A stretch of DNA of 64,000 nt from contig NC_042998.1 in the NCBI RefSeq assembly GCF_006345805.1, positions 148,676,001 to 148,740,000 of the forward strand. The letters are read 5' to 3'. This DNA comes from Octopus sinensis. Lineage: Eukaryota. The translations under genes were made by a program, and so were the position numbers. Below are positions 49,059 through 62,724 of the stretch, in pieces (the first letter of the stretch is position 1; every line of letters starts with the position of its first letter). Below the pieces are notes generated by a model. The model was not told the DNA's origin and made no database searches. It saw only the letters and a program-made list of their open reading frames with translations.

Positions 49059-50038
49059 AGAGGGAACATTGCATACAATGAATGAAATAAACATGAAATG
49101 AAAAATCGTATAAATAAAATGGCATTACTACAGATGTATATGCCCCGACTTTGTTGCTTCATGGAATTCAGAAAAATAGATACTTTTTAACAAAATTTTC
49201 TACAAATACCGCTTAGATGTTGTGGCTTCAGAGTATATAGAAATTTATGGGAAATAATTTTTTCCGAGGTGGTGGAGAGAAGAGTTTCGGAAAATTCACA
49301 CGATCTGACATTTTTCCCTCATAACTTTCAGGAAGATGGGTATCTATTAAAGAAAATTTATACTAATCCCTTTCAAACAGCATAGATTACGATTACGGAG
49401 AAATTTGTGGAGAAAATATTTACTGGGATTTTCTCCATTTTTTTTTAAGCCACAGCCTTCGAAATGATAGGGTTGCCGGGGGTGGTGGCATCTTTCTATG
49501 AAAAAAGTTTTAAAAACTCTTTTTTTACCCTCCCCACCTTATCATCCACTCCGGACCTATTCTGACCGATTTTTTTTGCACTTCAAAACTAAGGGAAGAG
49601 CATGTTCGTTAAAAAAAAATGATAAAAAATTGTTAATATTTTCAGAGAGAAAACTGAGTGATTTAAGGGCGATTTGATTGTTGCTTCTAGCACATCCAAA
49701 GACAACCCTCCTCATTTCTTTATCCCTCTCGCATGTATTGATGTTTTTTCTATAATTTCCCCCATAAATACATTTATATGCTATAAAAAAGAGAATTTAA
49801 GAAATAATGAATGTTTTGCAACCCCAGTCCCTGCCCTTAATTGTTTCTGTTTAGAAGCTAAAATACTGGAGGGCCTGAGAAGGCCATTGCTGACATTTAT
49901 CTACAGTGATTTAAAATATTACCGAGATGAACTTGCATAGCAAGTGACTTGATCTGAGATCGTGTGCTGAAACAAACAATTTCAGCGTGGAAGATATTTG
50001 TAAGCCAATCAAGAATACACAAAAACTGTTAGTTTCAC

Positions 50039-50306
50039 GGCACTAGTTACATACAGAGGTACCGCTTAAATGCAGAAGTTCCGATACATCTACGTAACGA
50101 TATGAAGGGAGTTTAGTTCTAGTGTAGTTTTTAGTGTTAGGATTAGTTTTAGGCTTACTTGGGGTTAGGGTTATAGTTAGGGCTAGGATGCCATTACACG
50201 CCCACACAGCATACATTTAAAATGCTTTGTACGTAACACCCGTATTTAAGTAGTGCCTCTGTATTTAAATATTACCGTTAAAAGACCTCTGTATTTAAGT
50301 AGTGCC
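50039..50306. mobile_element. MITE with GG-terminal 22-bp TIRs, 8-bp TSD and internal telomere-like repeats (Merlin- or hAT-like)
   Basis: GGCACTAGTTACATACAGAGGT versus ACCTCTGTATTTAAGTAGTGCC (20/22 complementary); flanks AGTTTCAC / AGTTACAC (7/8). Confidence 0.75.
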
Positions 50307-50450
50307 AGTTACACTTCAACATTAAAATTTCATTTGTGTCAAAATGTTTTCGTCGCTTTCAGACCGCGACCTGTTCACTGACAAACTTCTTAAAACTGAT
50401 GCAGCACGAAGTTTTGTCAGTGAGCACACACACACACACGCACGCACGCA

Positions 50451-50490
<40 letters not shown>

Positions 50491-51193
50491 TACACACACA
50501 CACATTCATTGCCTTTCATTTGTGTGTATGTGTATCTATGTGTGTGCGCGAGTGTGTATTGGTGTGTGTGTGTGTGTGTGTGTGTGTCACTGTTAAAATC
50601 GCTCGTGCAACTTGTTTGTGTATGTATTGGCTTGGTACAGAGTGTTTGGAAACTGTGAATAAGGTGCAAGTTTCGAGTACTTGTTGGTAACTTTTTCTCC
50701 TCGTCTTATAATAGTAATTACTCAACTTTCTAGGCTCTTCTCACAAGCTATCCCGCATTCAAAAATTATACAAGTATTTGAAAAAAAAATTGATTCAATG
50801 AATGTTTTTACATTCGTATACATTAATAGAATAAACTGTCGGTTTTTCCAAATAGCTAATTAAAACTCAAAGGGTAAGTGAGAGACTTTGCAAATGAAAA
50901 TGGAATACTCCGCAATGAATGCGATGAATATTTAAATTTGCGAGAAATTGGAGTTAAAACATTTGAGAAATCGAAATTATAGGAAATTTTTAGAATACAA
51001 ATTTATAAAAATATTTCCAGACGGTCAGCCCTTTAATAATTGCTTTCTTTTAATACTATTATAAATTGTTACATGCCTAATTAATAAGTAGCTTTCTCCA
51101 TTATAGTATAGATGTCATGTTTCAAACTTTAATTCCTCTTCGAAAGTGTCATTAAGTGGTTTATATCAATGCTTCGTAGAAATCATCAAAGCA

Positions 51194-51428
51194 TTAAGGC
51201 GGCGAGCTGGCAGAAACATTAGCACGCCGGGCGAAATGCGTAGCCGTATTTCGTCTGCCGTTACGTTCTGAGTTCAAATTCCGCCGAGGTTGACTTTGCC
51301 TTTCATCCTTTCGGGGTAAATAAATTAAGTACCAGTTACGCACTGGGGTCGATGTAATCGACTTAATCCCTTTGTCCGTCTTTGTTTGTCCCCTCTATGT
51401 TTAGCCCCTTGTGGGCAGTAAAAAAATA
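51194..51428 (+). mobile_element. SINE family B, young full-length copy with 16-bp TSD
   Basis: AGAAATCATCAAAGCA at 51178-51193 and 51429-51444; A/B-box head. Confidence 0.96.
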
Positions 51429-51504
51429 AGAAATCATCAAAGCAACAGTTCATGCATAAAACAAAAACCAATGTGACCTCCCTTATAACAAATTGAGATT
51501 ACGC

Positions 51505-51574
51505 TAGATTACATTCTTCCATTATGTCTGAAAATAAGCATTTATTTTCAGACATAATGGAAGAATGTAATCTA
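51505..51574. repeat. Perfect 33-bp inverted repeat with 4-nt spacer
   Basis: TAGATTACATTCTTCCATTATGTCTGAAAATAA-GCAT-reverse complement. Confidence 0.97.
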
Positions 51575-54019
51575 CTGCTGTGAAGGCCTTAAAAAGCCAG
51601 AGCTATCATCCCCGATGTCAACGCCTCCATTAACCACTTCCGGTTGTTGTTTATGTTTTGAATGGCTCTCAATGTCTTCGTTGACTGTAACTGAAAAGCA
51701 GTACTTGAATCTCTTGTTTATCTCCTGGTAATGAGGAATGGCTAAATCTGACAGCGCCAGAGCTGGACCGTGAGCTGTCTGGTGTTGCGATATCTACTCC
51801 AAAACCAGCAACGTTCCGTTTGTTATTTTAAGATGTTGGGTGGTAAAGCACTTGAATGACTTTTACTGCCACACATGCAGCAGCTGAGTTACCTGCCCTT
51901 GAAGTCGAGTTTTAAGGCCTTTCTCTCAGTACCCTTTACAGAGGAAAATTCTGGTACAATTTTGTAGTACTACCGAGTCATGTGGCCTTATACCTCCGCA
52001 TCTACACATCGATGAAATTTACGTCACACCTGACCACCTACTCATATTGTGATACAAAATTACCACGCTCCAAGGTTAATGCTCTCACCATTGCTTTGAT
52101 TGTGACCTTAGTATTCCTCTAGGTTACTGGCTGCTGTTCTTCATACGTTTTTGACTTTTGTGGTTTTGAAGATGGTTTATATAGAACCATACACCCACGT
52201 TCACTCCAAATAAGTAAAATTTTCTTAACATGTTTGCCAGGGCGTTCTCCAGGTCTTCCTTGGATGAAAAAAAGGAAAACTTTATGGCTTTGGCAAGGCA
52301 CAGATACACACATCCTCTTGCATGACTATTTGATAATGTCAAGCAGAGAGGCGCTTGACTTGCGAACCAAATCCTGCCATGCTTTGGTGCTTTCAGGAAA
52401 GTGTTACATATCCAAAGTTTGCTTATTAGAAAGTTCACTTGCAGAATATGGGATGTGGTTAGTGTTTGCGAACTTTCGTTTGACAAACTATGTTTATTAT
52501 CATTGATGTTGCTGTTAATTGTGTAGTTAGTTTTGCTACTTTTCTTCTTGAAATAGTAATTTTCAAAAACTTCGTTGCGATTATTTGTGTATTCAAGTGT
52601 GTCGCTTTATTCAATGCAGTTTATCGGTGCGGTTCCAATATAACATGAAGTTATTTTTGTCTTGGAGTTAAACGATGTAATAAACAGGAAATAGAAATAT
52701 TAAAAAAAAAAACAGAAAATAAACTGACCTTATTTTATCACCTCGGTACGTGGTAGACATTCCAAAAGGATCAATGAATGCACTTCATTGAATAATAGTC
52801 AGACTGAAAATCAGTTTCCTCACATTCGAAAAACATATGGAACGATGGAGAAAGCTTTTACAACAAAATGAGAGAGTCAGCAGCAGATAATAATGATAAT
52901 TCTTTCTAATTATTGGCAAATTATTGGCACGGTCGAGTAGTTTTGAGGGAAGACAGTAGTTCAATTACATTAACCCCAGTACTTAACTCTGCCAGTTCGC
53001 CGCCTTAAGTAATAACCATAAAGGTACAAGACCAGCTATTTTTGAGAAGAGGTTAGTCGATACAATCGATCACAGTACTTGACTGATACTGCATTTTATC
53101 GACTCTAAAATCACTATATTTGACCTCCGTGTGATTTGAACTAAGAATATACAACAGGGAGAAATTCCGCAAAACATTTTTCTACACTCAAAGCTTCTAC
53201 CAGCTTGACGCCTTTGATGTTGTTGATAATAATGATGATGATGATGATTTATTTTAGTTTAATTTATCTTTTTAATACCTGTAGTTTTAGCAAATTACAA
53301 GTATGTGTGTGGAATGGTCAGTTCATGAAAAAATACCTAACGTAGTTTAGTTCAGACAGACCGCGGGAGAATTAAAGACTATCGGCGAATTACGTTCAAG
53401 TTAAGCTGTAAAACTATGAAACCTTTCTAATAAGAAGTGTATGACAAATTAAATTTTAAAAATAAACACGGATGAGTGAGCATTAAGAAGGCTTGCATGG
53501 AACAATTGGCGTAACATCATTAATATGCAGTAAAGTGTGTTTGAAATGAAAGTATTGAAGAAATGAAGACAAGTGGAAGTGGCATTAGATGTGCAGAGTC
53601 TTTGGAATTAATATAAAACAGCAGGAAAAGCATTTGGAAGCCCATGGTTGTAAGTCACACACTGCAAACTGGCAAAGTCGTTAGAGCGTCGAATTGATTG
53701 CTTTGTGGTAACCATTCAGGCGCTGAGGCTGTGTGTTCAAAGTCCGTCATGACGGCGCCCCTACGACTCCATGAAGAGTTAAGGGCCCAATGCAAAGTAA
53801 TTGAATGTCAAATATGTTTATTAAATTTTAGTTCAGGAATATAGACTTCAAGATGCTACCAAGGCGGAACAAGACTACTTTTGGGCACAAACTAAAAGTA
53901 AAAAGCGAATGATAAGTGCTCAGACGAACGGAAAAACGTATAGTGAGTGCACAAACGGATGGAAAACCGTCACAGAAGGTCTCAAAATATATACTTTCTA
54001 CTAAAGGCAAAAGGTCTGA

Positions 54020-54181
54020 AATTGGAGGCTCGTCAGTTACATTGATCCCAGTGAAGCACTGGTACTTAATTTATCGATCTCGAAAGGATGGAAGGCAATG
54101 TCGTACTCGGCGGAATTTGAATTCATAACGTAAAGACAGACGAAAAGCTGCTAAGTATTTCTTCCGGCGTGCTAACGATTC
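54020..54181 (-). mobile_element. SINE family B fragment
   Basis: Reverse complement of GAATCGTTAGCACGCCGG...GAATTCAAATTCCGCCGAG...CATCCTTTCGAGATCGATAAATTAAGTACCAG. Confidence 0.8.
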
Positions 54182-54190
54182 AATATATAT

Positions 54191-54249
<59 letters not shown>

Positions 54250-54251
<2 letters not shown>

Positions 54252-54429
54252 CCTGTTGTGTCTGGGGAGAGTCATTCTCTTTAGTGCCTTATTATTTAAC
54301 ATACTCACCAGTAAAATTCCACTTATTTCTTATTTTTATTTTCTAAAATTTTCGTTGCGTCTTGCAACCTTTTCAATAGTCTTGACTCTCAGAGTCAAGA
54401 CTATTGAAAAGGTTGCAAGACGCAACGAA

Positions 54430-54436
<7 letters not shown>
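54250..54436. mobile_element. Fold-back repeat end: perfect 46-bp palindrome (54344-54436) plus tail, Penelope-pLTR-like
   Basis: Arms 54344-54389 and 54391-54436 are exact reverse complements around one C; the minus-strand extension has AATAAA; flanked by (TA)n. Confidence 0.6.
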
Positions 54437-54502
<66 letters not shown>

Positions 54503-54613
54503 GCAGCTATGAAGACCTTGTCTGTAGAAGGCTGTAGGTTGTGTCTGGAGCCAAGACTTTACCTCGGAAATAAGTTCATAATCCTCCGAAAAGTGGTTCC
54601 CCTTTTTTTGCAG
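54503..54613 (-). pseudogene. mariner transposase C-terminal fragment
   Basis: KKGNHFSEDYELISEVKSWLQTQPTAFYRQGLHS. Confidence 0.7.
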
Positions 54614-55477
54614 TAAACATATAAATATACACTGCAAGGAAGAACAACTCCAGAATTGTGGTCATTCTGTTATTAAATTTGAATTTTATGAATAAATCAT
54701 TAAAATAATATGTCTACGTGTGCACTTGACAGTTCGTCTTAGCGTATATGAGCGCGCTAAAATACGCAGTTTCACGTGTATATGTACAAGTTTGTGTATA
54801 TATTTGTACACACATTTTTGCATATGTTCATAAATTTGTGTATGTATTCTTTCTGTTAATCATTTGATATCATGCACATAGGCATACACACGCACACACA
54901 CACACAGACACACACACACACATACACACACACACACGCATACACATATACACATACGCACAAACACGCGCAGCCTACCACGTGTATGTATATAATATAT
55001 ATATATATATATATACACATATATATTCATGTTTTGAGTTCTCTTTATCCTGTTTACACATGTACACAAACACACACACACATACACACACACTCACATA
55101 TATATATACATATATATACATGTATGTATGTATGTATGAATGTATGTTTGCATGAATATATATATATAAAAATATAAATATATATATATACAAAAACACG
55201 CATGTATATACATATATACATGTGTGTGTGTGTGTGAGTGTGTGTGCGTACACAGACACAAGTGCATATGTGTTTGCGTACCTGTGTGCGTTATGTGTCA
55301 GTAACGTCTTTTTTTTAATTGTGCGTCGGACACGTAATGCTTATAGATGGCGTGTTCTTGGTTAGCAGAGGGATGTTTCGTACAACATGAGTAACATATT
55401 ACTAAATTTGTCTTAATTAGATTATACATCTTCATGCGTGTATGTATATGTGTAATATATATGTATATATATATATA

Positions 55478-55545
<68 letters not shown>

Positions 55546-56275
55546 CACACACATAAGAATATGCATATGTATATGTATATACATAAAAATATGTATACAT
55601 ATATGTACGTACATATACATATGTGTGTTTGTATGTTATTTCTACATTTCTATGTGCATATCAACTCACACACACACACACGCACACACAAATACGTGTA
55701 TATTTACACAAGCGTGCACAAACACACACTTATACACATGCACGTATATATATACATACAAATCCATTCCTTTTTCTCACACATGATCCTATCCGAGAAG
55801 AAAGTACACGCATGACATGCATATACATATGTATATCAGGATGTGCATAGATAGATAGATAGATATAAAGGTACATACATACATACATACATACATACAT
55901 ACATACATTACATACATGCATACATACATACATACATACATGCATACATACATACATACATATCTGCATATATGTATATACATTTTATGTATCTGTGTGT
56001 ATTCAGATAATTACGAATATATACTTGCCACACACATTCGAATAGACAATGATGTTGACATATCATGCACTTTTCTTTCTTTCTACCTCTCCCACTCACA
56101 CACACACGCACACACACACACAAACACACACTCACATACACACGCACGCATGCACACACACAAACTTACACATGCGCACATGTACAAACACTAATCCCCA
56201 CATATACATATACACGCACGTCTCTCCTACATTCGTTTTAAAGGTCCCTCTCTTTGTCATTCGTGATTCTTCTAC

Positions 56276-56349
<74 letters not shown>

Positions 56350-56426
56350 TTATCTATAATAATATAACTAATATATATTATATATATATATTCATAAATA
56401 CGTACAAATTTATATATATATTCATA

Positions 56427-56531
<105 letters not shown>

Positions 56532-57199
56532 TATATATATTCATATATGGGTACAGGACGTCACAAGATGTAAACCACATGAAATACGAAAACAACATAA
56601 ATACGAAAACAAAATTGGGTAGTTACATATGCGTGTGTATGTATGCATGTACACGCACACACACACACATATATATACACACATACATTCATACGCCCGT
56701 GTATGTATGTACCCACTACTATACACGCACATACGCAAACATACACAGCTGTTATAACCCTGTATCTCAGGCCATCGCCCCCACGCAGACTTTCGCTCTC
56801 CATCCCTGTCCTCCATTTGCCATTCATTCCAGAACCAACAAACAACCCAGCTCTGCCCAGTCCAGGGCAATCATGTCTCACAGCCCTCTGTTATTTGTTC
56901 TGCCGGATTCAATGACACCATCACACTATTTACAAACTGGTGTTGAGAGCAGCGAAAACATCAGACCGCAACATTTGCCTATTTTCATTATGTCTTTCGC
57001 TATTGCCTTCCTGGGTGGTACTAATGGTATTGGTGATAGTGATGGTGGAGGTGATGACGGGGGTGTTGATGGTAGTGGTGGGAGTTGAGAAGAATGGGGG
57101 CGACGTGCAAAGAGAGGGGAATTCATTGGATGGGGTCGTTCACAGACGTGTGATGACAGCAGTGGCAGAACGACAACCATCCTTCTCCGAGCATTTGTT

Positions 57200-57650
57200 G
57201 TTGTTAGCAATGTTGCTGTTGTTGTTGTTGTTGGTGTTGGTGTTGTTGTTGGTGGTGGTGTTGGTGTTGTTGTTGGTGGTGGTAGTTGTGGCGCTGGTAG
57301 TGGTAGTACTTCTTGTAGTAGCGACGGTGGAGGTGCTACTGGTGACGGTAGTTATCTTGGTATTTTCAGTGGTAATGATGATGTTAGCTGTAGTGGTTGT
57401 GTAGTGGTTTGGGCTATAGTAATAATGATGGTGATTGTTTGGGCTATAGTAGTGATAGTTGTGATGGTGGTGATGGTGGTGTTGGTAGTGGTGATGGTGA
57501 TAATGATAGTGGTGGTGGTGGTTGTGGAGTTCATGGAAGTAGTGGTGTCGATATGTTGCTAGGTCGGTGATTGTGATAGTACTTATGATGGAAGCGAAAA
57601 TTGTTGTGATAGTTTGGTGGTGGTGATGGTGGATAGCTGACTATAATGAT
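57200..57650. repeat. GTT/GGT/GAT low-complexity tract
   Basis: Direct reading. Confidence 0.9.
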
Positions 57651-59696
57651 GATATCATTAATTAATATTATTTACTGTTTCACGCTAATCACATGAACAT
57701 TGCAATCTTTAATTACGTATTAACATAATTATTTAATACAAAGATGACTGCAGGCAGCAACACATTGGATAAAAAAAAAATTTTTTATATATAAGGGCGG
57801 TGCCCCAGCATGGCCTCAGCCGGATGGCTGAAACAAGTAAAAGAGTAAAAGAGTATACCTGGGGCAAGTATGGGAGTCAACAACAGACCTGTTTCTGTCT
57901 TGTTAAACTTCCTCGGCAAAACTTATTTCTTTGACATCTGGAGCGGGGCACATCGACAGAATCGATAGGGCATGGCTAAAATGCCTTGTGGTCTTTGTTG
58001 TGACACTTTGCGTTCTGAGCAGAGTTAGGCTTTGTGTGCTGTAAAGTTGAGTACCAGTCAAAAACTGAGGCCGATTTAATCGACTAACCCATCCTGCCAA
58101 ATTTTAGGCCTTATGATTATGTGCCGAAGAATTCTTAAGAGCAGTCGATTTGTTACAATCGTTAGAGTGCCGAGACATTACGCTTTGAGACATCCTTAAG
58201 TTCAAATCTCATCGAGTTCAATTTTCTACCAAATCCTTCCCGCAAAATTTCAGAAATTTTACCTGTTAGAAACAGTTATTAACAGTGTTGCCCGCCCCTC
58301 GATTCTTTCGTTTCTCAGTTCAAATTCCGCTGACGCGAACCTCATCTTTTATCCTTCTGGGATCGATAAAATAAAGTAGAAGTTAAGTAAAAGGGTTGAT
58401 TTTATCGAATAACCTCCACCGAATTGTGCTTTCAAAACAATTATTGCTTTGGCGTGTACAATACAGTAATAGAAAGATTTACGCAGAGAACGTATCGTAG
58501 AATGTGAAGCGAACAGTTTAGTAAATACAGGTATACTCGCCATTTGCTAAACACATTACTAAACACGTGGTTGCAAAAGAAGAGAGAGGACACAAAACAT
58601 CAAGTAATCAGAGATCGTAGTATGTTGGGGAGCGGCATATTTCGTAACTCTGTCAGCTTTGCGATGAGTGAAAGGTTAAACTTAATAGTGTGGGGTACTT
58701 GCGGTCATTTATATACCAGTTGAGATATGGCAGTAAAAGTTGCCGGAGTTATCTCAGTGGAAAGGTGGTGGATATGTGGTTATAACAACATTGGTAGATA
58801 CATCATAGGTACGATGCAGAAAGCTCTGCTGCAATGTGATAAATGGAAATGTTGCAAAAATGTGTATATGAATGATGCAGAGGTGGGTTTTGATAGTGTC
58901 TTTCACAGGTCCTCAAGACCAGTAAGGCTGAAGTTGTTGACGTCCCACTTAAAATGCTTTTGACTTAAAGGGAGAGAATTAAGGACCGCCCTTCTGAGGA
59001 GAAAGTACTGGATGTAGGGGTTACGGCAGACTTGTGAGGCTGGACACAATATGGAGGAAGAGAAAATGCGAGATCAGTCAAAGGTGGTTGAGTGGAGATG
59101 ACACGTGACCGACAGACAGCTTCAAGGAGTAGAGACAACTGTAATCGCGATAGTAAAGACAGAAAGAGGACACAGAACACTTAGGGATTAGAGATCAGAG
59201 TGTGTCGGTGAGTGAATGCTTTGTAGTTGTTAGCGTTATGATGAATGATAGTGGTGATGGGTGAAAGGGGGCATTTGGCTGTGTAAGGTGTTCGAAGGAA
59301 CATGTCTATCAAAAAGGTTTCTGTCACTCAACTGTTTTAAATGGATCAGGGATGGGGTACACACTTTCTTTCACAAATGATGTAGAATATTTTACATGAT
59401 GTACCAGATTGTACTAGGGTGGAGTGTGTGTTGTACTGTAGGAGATTTTAAAATGTGACTAATTTATTTGATCTCACCAATCTGGGGACATGTGTTTCAG
59501 GTGCTGTTCACCCCTCATATTATTAATTAATTAATTGATGTTTAGTGTTTGTCGGTATGTCACCTTTTGTTTCCAATATTTTGTTTAATGTTGAATATTC
59601 CCATTACCGTTTTCCAGACGTTGCCAAACTCCTGCCCTCATTATGTCTTGGACTGAATTGGTTTGCCACTTCGATACACACACACACACACACACA

Positions 59697-59766
<70 letters not shown>

Positions 59767-60248
59767 TTCATATATTCAACATATTACCTTCACAATTAGA
59801 TCTTTATTCATGATGTTATTGTTGTTGTTGCTGATGTGTAGTGCCAGGAAAAATAAAATTCTATGATCAAAGACGATTCATCTCTAATCACTGAGTTTTA
59901 AACGTTAATTTTTGTTAGAACTTCACTATCCAATGAGAGATCCCCTTATTTAAGACATGAGGGAATGATATAAAAAAATCTGACAAATCCACTTACATCG
60001 TCCCCCACCACCACCACCTTATATAAATATCTCTTAAATACTTCAATCAATTGCCGTCTTCTTCCGGTCGTTATTATTGTTTCCTTTTTTTGTCTTTCCT
60101 CCGTTGATCTTCTCTCTTATTGGTCTTTTATTGTTTTACTACTGTGTCGGTGTTAATATGGTATCCTTTCTCCGTTACACATACACACAAACATACATAC
60201 ATGTATATGTACATACACTTATACACACACATATATATGTATATATAT

Positions 60249-60279
<31 letters not shown>

Positions 60280-60377
60280 AGATATATATTATATATATAG
60301 TATTGTGTGTATATATATATATAAATATATATTATTGTGCCTGTATATATATATATACATGTGTGTGTATATTTATA

Positions 60378-60413
<36 letters not shown>

Positions 60414-60488
60414 TGTAGTATGTATATATGTATGTATATGTACTTGTGTGAGTATGTACTTATGTAAGAATGCGTGTATGCGGGAGAG

Positions 60489-60529
<41 letters not shown>

Positions 60530-61043
60530 GAGAGAGAGAATTATCCTCTCGTTCTCTTATATTAAATTTTCGGACGAAATTTCTGGGGCTTCTTTTAAAC
60601 AGTCACACATGAAGTCAAAGAACTATTTAGACTGTTCTTGTTTTTTCCTTTTAAATAAAATCACGTTTGATGTCCTTTAATTCTGCTCTAATCTCTTTTT
60701 ATTTCTTCCTTCTTCTTATGTTTTATTCCAAGATTACATTTACCATATTTTCTTTAATATTATTCTAATACACACATCTACTCCATCTTTTTCATTCAAC
60801 AAGATTTCCTAAGTCTTCGCGCTTATTTGAAAAGCTTCTCCATGTTGTTGTTTAGTAATGGCGGAGAGAGATATATTTAATCTGACTCTACGTTTCATAG
60901 AGATTTACTGATATAAAAGCAACTGCGACTGTTCCCATTAGCTACTTATTTTGGGGATACTGTTGTTATCATCTCTGTTAGATGCCTTCTAGTACCTTCT
61001 TCCTTATCGAGTAGCTTTTATGTACATCTCTTAGAGCTTCTTT

Positions 61044-61075
<32 letters not shown>

Positions 61076-61095
61076 GCTGTTGATGTTGTTATCAA

Positions 61096-61275
61096 GACGG
61101 TGAGCTAGAAGAATCGTTAGCACGCCGAGCAAAATGCTTAGTAGCATTACGCTTTGAGTTCAAATTCCAACGAAGTCGACTTCGCGTTTCATCCTTCCGT
61201 GGTCGATTAAGTTATGTACCAGTTACGCACTAGGATCGATGTAATCGATTTAATCCCCTCCCCCAAGCTGACCTT
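61096..61275 (+). mobile_element. SINE family B, directly abutting a SINE-A head
   Basis: GACGGTGAGCTAGAAGAATCGTTAGCACG...CATCCTTCCGTGGTCGAT. Confidence 0.85.
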
Positions 61276-61675
61276 GGGGCAGGAGTGGCTGTGTGGTAAG
61301 TAGCTTGCTTATCAAACACATGGTTCCGGGTTCAGTCCCACTGCGTGGTACCTTGGGCAAGTGTCTTCTACTATAGCCTCTGGCCGACCAAAGACTTGTG
61401 AGTGGATTAGGTCGACGCAAACTGAAAGGCCCTCGTATATATGTATATATATATATATGTATATGTATGGGCGGATGTATGTTTGTGTGTCTGTGTTTTC
61501 CCCCCAACATCACTTGACAACCGATGGTGGTGTGTTTACGTCCCCGGAACTTAGCGGTTCGGCAAAAGAGACCGATAGAATAAGTACTAGGCTTACAAAG
61601 AATAAGTCCTGGGGGTCGATTTGCTCGACTAAAGGGGTGTTCCAGCATGGCCCCTGTCAAATGACTGAAACAAAA
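61276..61675 (+). mobile_element. SINE family A, full length
   Basis: Head to tail homology with 38783-39175. Confidence 0.93.
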
Positions 61676-61688
61676 TTTATATATATAT

Positions 61689-61719
<31 letters not shown>

Positions 61720-61877
61720 ATATATACACACAATACTATATATGTGCGTACTAATACATATATACGCACAAAACCACACACACATACATATATACGTAGA
61801 TACGTACACAATAGATACATGTATATATTCACACGCCGCACACTCATACATATATACTATATAAAGAAATATACATA

Positions 61878-62042
61878 GGCATGGCTGTATGATAAGAAGC
61901 TTGCTTCCCAACCACATGGTTCCGGGTTCAGTCCCACTATGTGGCACCTTGGGCAAGTGTCTCCTACTATAGTCTCGGGCCAACCAAAGCCTTGTGAGTT
62001 AATTTGGTAGACGGAGACTGAAAGAATCCTGTCGTATATATA

Positions 62043-62122
<80 letters not shown>

Positions 62123-62310
62123 ATATATATATATATGTGTGTGTGTGTATGCGTGCGTGTGCGTATGTGTGTGTCTTTGTGCTTGTGTTTGTCCCCTGTT
62201 ACACCTTGACAAGCAGTGTTGGTGTGTTTATGTCAACGTAATGTAGCGGTTCGACAAAAGATACCGATAGAATAAGTACTAGGCTTAAGAAATAAGTCCT
62301 GGGGTTAATT
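61878..62310 (+). mobile_element. SINE family A with expanded central microsatellite, 3' end lost
   Basis: Head and body present; ~140-bp TA/TG tract; stops at AATAAGTCCTGGGG. Confidence 0.88.
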
Positions 62311-62724
62311 TGTGAGATTCAAAATTAGTTTATAAGCTTCTCTGGAAGTATTCAGATGTATAAATGCGAGCAAAAGTTTGACCGCCAAAACAAAGCAATA
62401 TTTTCATAAAACAAACCAATCATTGTGTTTGCTTTTCTGGTATTTTGATCTGAAAATCTTATAAATCAAACCAATCATTGTGTTTGCTTTTCTGGTATTT
62501 TGAACTGAAAATCTTGTCCAAAGACAATTTTTGTTCCGTCACATTTTTGTTCCGTCACATTTTTGTTCCGTCCAAAGTGCTCTGAAATCTAAATATAAAA
62601 AGAAGCGCAAATACATTAAACGCTTTTTTATTATTGAAAATAAGATTGCTACGACTTGCAAATATATCTTTTAGCGTGATATATATTATATGTATGTGTG
62701 TGTGTATGTGTGTGTGTGTGTACG

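Noticed and set aside
50113-50187. Interstitial telomere or chromosome-fusion scar
   Set aside because: Only two exact TTAGGG units, enclosed by TIRs and a TSD, so it is part of a MITE.
51620-51990. Possible Hero-like RT-thumb fragment on the minus strand
   Set aside because: Only vague resemblance (RKW...EA); frames too broken to support.
58560-59400. Possible L1/L2-like decayed ORF on the minus strand
   Set aside because: No diagnostic RT or endonuclease motif recovered by manual translation.
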